Program-made: the position numbers and the translations under genes
Notes under the pieces: model-generated
Seen by the model: only the letters and a program-made list of their open reading frames with translations
What the model was told of the DNA's origin: nothing
Databases searched by the model: none
Part shown: positions 23,704 to 27,335 of the stretch, piece by piece
How positions within the stretch are numbered: the first letter of the stretch is position 1
Layout: the number at the start of each line of letters is the position of its first letter
Source of the DNA: Octopus sinensis
Taxonomy: Eukaryota
NCBI RefSeq assembly: GCF_006345805.1
Contig: NW_021833312.1
Coordinates: 1 to 27,335, forward strand
Reading direction: 5' to 3'
Length of the DNA: 27,335 nt

Positions 23704-24034
23704 GGCGGCGGCGGCAGTGGTGTGTTCGTGTGTGTGTGTGTATGTGTGTGTTACAAAAAGGAGGCTACAATGTGATATATGCCGTTTTTATTCTATTTAT
23801 TAGAAATCTTCGCACTGCCGTGTCAGATATTATATTTAACCTCCCACACATCAATAGAAAAATGGTCACCCCTCCGCCATAAACACATACCAGTGTACAC
23901 AAACACATGCATACAGACACACATATAAAGAAACATACACATATATGCATGCATATACATATATAGATGCCCGCATACATGTATGCGTACATGCACATAT
24001 ATATATATATACATATATATACATATATATATAC

Positions 24035-24105
<71 letters not shown>

Positions 24106-24115
24106 TATATATATT

Positions 24116-24385
24116 GCCTTCGAGCGTGGAGTGGATAAAACAGGGAAAACTGAAGAAGGGGAATATTCTTTATGTTGCATGTCTCGTTTCTCTGTTTATT
24201 TATTGTTTTTCGTTGTTCAAAAAAAAAGTTCGTTTCCATGTTTTGGTTTTATTGATTTTTTCGTTTCTCATTGTGTTCAACGGTTTTTTTAATGTCCTGT
24301 ACCCATATATGCATGTATATATACATATATATGTATGTATATGTACATATATTTATATATTATTTATATTAGTATATATATATAT
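24116..24385 (+). mobile_element. Repeat family H copy
   Basis: Aligns to the reverse complement of 6089-6350. Confidence 0.85.
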
Positions 24386-24708
24386 GAGCAACACAGAATC
24401 CACGGCTCCATACTTTGAAATGAGTAAACATGAACTATTATTGGAACTTATACACCGTGTACAGGAATTTTTTTACTACTTCTATACCCCACTTTCCTCG
24501 AATAATGGAACTGCGACTACAGTTTATAGATTTTATAATTTATTTCTACTTTCATTCTATTATTTCCCTATATATTCTCTATCTCCTCCTTTTAGATATA
24601 GCTGTAAGACTATAACTTTATCTTTTTCCTTATAAACGTCCTGAAAACTCATTAGTTTTGTTATCCCATTTTGTCAAATATATATATATATATACAAACA
24701 TATATATA

Positions 24709-24810
24709 GAGCGATCCCATAGCAGTATCATATCTTCTCCACTATTTCAGTATTACGTGTTAAAAGTGAAACAAAAATTTCTCTATTTTATGTCAGATAC
24801 TTTCACTTTA
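24709..24810 (+). mobile_element. Internal fragment of the Helitron-like family seen at 8049-8362
   Basis: tctccactatttcagtattacgtgt(t/c)aaaagtgaaacaa...tcagatactt is shared with 8250-8325. Confidence 0.75.
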
Positions 24811-25157
24811 ACAATAAATATAATAATAACAATTGAATTATATGTAGTAAGGCATAATTAAAATCAAACTAAAGTATAATATAATCGTAACATAAAAAAG
24901 TAAAAATAGCAATTGGTATAAAATTGCATCAATGACTTGAACTTGAATAAGTGGTTTCACATGAATGGGAATAAATTACAAATAAAATTAGCGTGCAGAA
25001 ATGGAATAGTCCTACAATTCCAGTCTGTTATATATTTTCAGTATTGTTATCACTAGCGATATCAAGATATAACTTTGTTTTTTGTATTTTATGAGTAGAT
25101 GTATATATATAGATGTACATGTAATATGTACACATATATATACACATACATATATGC

Positions 25158-25198
25158 ACTAGTACTATGACCCGGCAAAGACGGGTCATAATGCTAGT
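25158..25198. other. Helitron-like 3' terminus: hairpin TATGACCCG-gcaaaga-CGGGTCATA followed by CTAG|T, on both strands
   Basis: Perfect 9-bp stem at 25166-25190; CTAG at 25194-25197 followed by T; mirror ACTAG at 25158-25162. Confidence 0.6.
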
Positions 25199-25208
25199 AT
25201 ATATATAT

Positions 25209-25363
25209 ACGACTGGTTTCTTTCAGTTTCCTCTACGAAATCCACTCACAAGTGTCTTCTATAGCCTTTTGGCCTGAGGCTATAGAAGACACTTGCCCAA
25301 GGTGCCACGCGGTGGGACTGAACCCGGAACCATGTGGTTGGTAAGCAAGCTACTTACCATACA
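25209..25363 (-). mobile_element. 5' half of SINE family A
   Basis: aagacacttgcccaaggtgccacgcggtgggactgaacccggaaccatgtggttggtaagcaagc is near-identical to 18920-18986. Confidence 0.9.
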
Positions 25364-25629
25364 ATAAGAAAAGAAAAGAAACAAACAAAATCTTGACATC
25401 ACAGCTATAACTTTAAGATTATCTTTACTCAACTGATTGAATGCTTACATATTTACATACATACACACATAGATACATACACACATACATATATACATGC
25501 ATACATACATACATACATACATACATACATACATACATACATACATACATACATACATACATACCTGAGCAACTTGATATGGTTTTGTTGTAATCTAGTA
25601 TAAAAGATTTATATCGATGTGAGCAATTT

Positions 25630-26640
25630 AAGCCATAAAGAAAAGGAGAGAGAAAGACAGAGAGAGAATGACAAAGTTGAGAGAAAGAAAGAGGGAGAGA
25701 GAGAGGGGGGAATAACAAAGAGAGTTTGAACATGAGCGGGGGGGGGCGCGCTTAACAGTTGTTAAGTTCGAGTTTGCTTTGACGGAATTTTGATGGAAAG
25801 ATAACGTAAGACGAGACGAGTGAGAGAGATTTGGAGATGGAAATTTAACCCAGAGAAAGGAATGAGAAAGAGAGAGAGGGGAGTGAGAGAGAAGAAAGAG
25901 ACAGTTATGAGGACCAACGGTCAAAGAGTGTAACGGAAGGAGGGGCTAACAGCTTGTTAAATTTTATGCTAAACGTTATACTGTTAGAGACAGAGTGGGA
26001 GGAGTGAAAGACCTAAGAGGGAGAGAGAGGTGGGGGAGAGAGAGATACAGACAGGACAGACAGACAGACAGACAGATACAGATTCACAAAGAGATGGACA
26101 GAGAGATACAGAGAGAAGACAGACAGATAGACAGGTGCAATACAGAAAGAGAGAGAGAGAGAGAGAGGCAGAAAAACATACAAGTAGCGACCATTATATA
26201 GAGGCGAAGAGATTGGTAAATGGAGAGATAAATAGTGAGAGAGAGAGAGAGAGAGAGAGAGAGGGTGGGAGACGAAGAGAGATAGGGAGTGGGAGAGAGA
26301 GACCGATAGATACATAGATAATTAGACGGGCTGAAAGAGGAAGAGAGCGTGGTAGGAGAGAGAGAGAGAGAGAGAGAAGGAGAGAAAGAGAGACATTCAA
26401 AAGTCTCATAGACCGGGCAAAAGTTGGCGATTTAGGCAGCGTGGAGAAGAGAGAGTTTGAAAAAGCGACGAATACATAGAGAGGAAATACTAAAAGAAGC
26501 AAAGTGAAAGAATTAGGAGAGCGGGGTGGGGTGGAGGGGGTGGAGAAAAAAAGAAGGAAGGGAAGAAAAAGAAAGAAAGAAAGAAAGAGGAAAGAATGAA
26601 AGACAGAAACAAAGATGAGGAAAGTGGATTATGTGAAGGG
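25630..26640. repeat. About 1-kb purine-rich strand with (GA)n, (GACA)n and (GAAA)n tracts
   Basis: Directly visible. Confidence 0.9.
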
Positions 26641-26654
26641 TATATATATATATA

Positions 26655-26790
26655 TCAGCCGAAATTACTACGATGATCCGGTTCTTGACTGAAGACTGAG
26701 GGGTCGAATGTCCTGTCCATGTTTATTGTATCGTCTTCTAATTGTTATACGTTCTTGTCCATGTTGTATTTTTCTACATACCTTAATAGA
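26655..26790 (+). mobile_element. Repeat family G fragment, opposite orientation to the 7492 and 12604 copies
   Basis: tcagccgaaatt...gatgatccggttcttga.tgaaga.tga.gg..tcgaatgtcc matches the reverse complement of about 12655-12717. Confidence 0.75.
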
Positions 26791-26817
26791 TATTATATAT
26801 ATATATATATATATATA

Positions 26818-26854
<37 letters not shown>

Positions 26855-27335
26855 AATACATATAAGTATTATGCACACACCTATATATATACCATATATC
26901 ATGTATATCAATATGTGTGTGTGTCTTTATATATATGTGTGTGTATGAATGTATGCATCTATGTGTGAGTATATATATATGAATACGTGGTGTGTGGATT
27001 GGATATATATGAGTGCGTGTGTATACCCATACATATACACATTTACATTATGCTATATATATTTCGATATACAACACAACACAAACACACATGCATCTGT
27101 TATGTATAATAGATATATAGATACATATATAAACATATATATCTATCTGTATCTTATTATACAATCATATTCATATACGGGGATTTGGGGTGGTTGGGGG
27201 GTTTGAGTCCGTGTATATATGTGTGCATGTACATGGGTGTATATATATATATATATACGCAAATATACACGTATATATATGCAAACATGCATACTTGTAA
27301 GTCTAAGAATGACGTGTGTATGTGTGTGTATGTAT

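Overview
Repeat-saturated, AT-rich eukaryotic non-coding DNA. The tRNA-derived SINE types and dense (TA)n/(CA)n tracts suggest an octopus or other coleoid cephalopod (my inference, not database-checked). No intact protein-coding gene is supportable, and most listed ORFs are microsatellite artefacts. Content: (1) about 14 SINE copies or fragments from about five families that share or swap modules; (2) decayed autonomous TEs, namely a Tc1-type transposase pseudogene with a probable left TIR (9821-10778), an L1/Tx1-type RT remnant (about 20560-21370) and a LINE APE-endonuclease remnant (minus strand, core about 11680-11856); (3) Helitron-like termini; (4) several unclassified (TA)n-anchored repeat families that occur as partial inverted or direct duplicates, possibly Penelope-like; (5) micro- and minisatellites, two of them visibly derived from TE sequence. 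The most notable structures are recurrent fold-back elements, two different SINEs inserted tail-to-tail into the same triplicated target site, and a 34-bp minisatellite amplified from a SINE core. I see no convincing new gene system, so family names are tentative.
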